Part shown: positions 63,720 to 64,000 of the stretch, in pieces
Position numbering within the stretch: the first letter of the stretch is position 1
Layout of the letters: every line of letters starts with the position of its first letter
Source of the DNA: a virus
Lineage: Duplodnaviria; Caudoviricetes
DNA: 64,000 nucleotides
IMG/VR virus record: IMGVR_UViG_3300021958_008605
Coordinates: 13,220-77,219 of that record
Reading direction: 5' to 3' (one strand)
Notes under the pieces: generated by a model
The model's database searches: none
Told to the model about the DNA's origin: nothing
Seen by the model: only the letters and a program-made list of their open reading frames with translations
Made by a program: the position numbers and the translations under genes

Positions 63720-64000
63720 TTATAAGATTTCAGCACCTTGTGAAAGTAAAGGTTGTGCTTTTTTATATTTCATAAATTCAGTAGTTCCATCTGATAGTTT
63801 AACCATCACTCTTTCATTTCTACCATATTTTTTTCCTCGTGTGATTGTTTGTGTATATCTTCTATCTGTTATCAACCTACCTTCAAGGTGGTCAATCTCG
63901 TGTTGTGCTACAACACACTCTAACATACCTTCATCATTATAGAATTCTTCAGATGTTTTCCATTCTTCTTTTGAATCAGGTGAAAATATTACTGTTCCTA
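63720..64000 (-). CDS. def: Peptide deformylase (3' part only; 5' end outside the window)
   Basis: The frame stays open to the window edge (GTVIFSPDSKEEW...); motif 3 QHEIDHLEG (HExxH). Confidence 0.85.
   Translation of the reverse strand, partial: GTVIFSPDSKEEWKTSEEFYNDEGMLECVVAQHEIDHLEGRLITDRRYTQTITRGKKYGRNERVMVKLSDGTTEFMKYKKAQPLLSQGAEIL

Noticed and set aside
1-64000. Stop-codon reassignment (code 15 or code 4), as seen in some large phages
   Set aside because: Genes tile the window at very high density in the standard code, and TAA, TAG and TGA all end recognisable full-length proteins.
1-64000. CRISPR array, tRNA or rRNA genes
   Set aside because: I saw no repeat-spacer periodicity and no cloverleaf or T-loop (GTTCRA) context in the few short intergenic gaps. 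A tRNAscan/CRT run would confirm.
1-64000. Giant eukaryotic virus (NCLDV) origin, suggested by GT7, sulfotransferase and the Mre11-Rad50 fusion
   Set aside because: gp25 and gp6 baseplate genes, a gp55-like sigma, peptide deformylase, a peptidoglycan hydrolase, SD motifs and intrinsic terminators all indicate a bacteriophage.

Overview
This AT-rich 64 kb window comes from a large contractile-tailed dsDNA phage (T4-like or jumbo myovirus). Almost every gene is on the minus strand. The host is probably Bacteroidota/Flavobacteriia: two TTTG-N20-TATATTT(G/A) host-type promoters, a signal peptide with Gln at +1, and a Flavobacteriaceae-like lysozyme all point that way. In the direction of transcription (right to left) the window holds: (1) a partial peptide deformylase and an operon of lysozyme-like protein, membrane coiled-coil protein, gp55-like sigma factor and carbamoyltransferase; (2) two stand-alone membrane or secreted protein genes; (3) a baseplate/tail module (spike-like, gp25, gp6, gp7/gpI-like wedge, tail-collar-like paralogs); (4) a sulfotransferase, a GIY-YIG-like nuclease, a primase and an Mre11-Rad50 (SbcD-SbcC) fusion; (5) a 54-aa ribbon-helix-helix gene missed by the ORF track, the only credible plus-strand gene; (6) a 2863-aa tail-fibre-like protein with an embedded Hint domain and two assembly chaperones; (7) a tightly coupled glycan synthesis and tailoring cluster of about 26 kb running off the left edge. 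That cluster encodes GDP-fucose and UDP-uronate synthesis, three GT7 enzymes each carrying a lectin (LamG) insert, GT2, GT-B and fucosyltransferase-like proteins, an amidinotransferase, a DegT aminotransferase, three radical SAM enzymes, SGNH proteins, a methyltransferase and a cytidylyltransferase. Lead hypothesis: a late-expressed, phage-encoded virion O-glycosylation system. Its candidate acceptor is a [S/T]-G-S motif that is strongly over-represented in the structural proteins. All family calls come from motif recognition by eye; no database searches were run.
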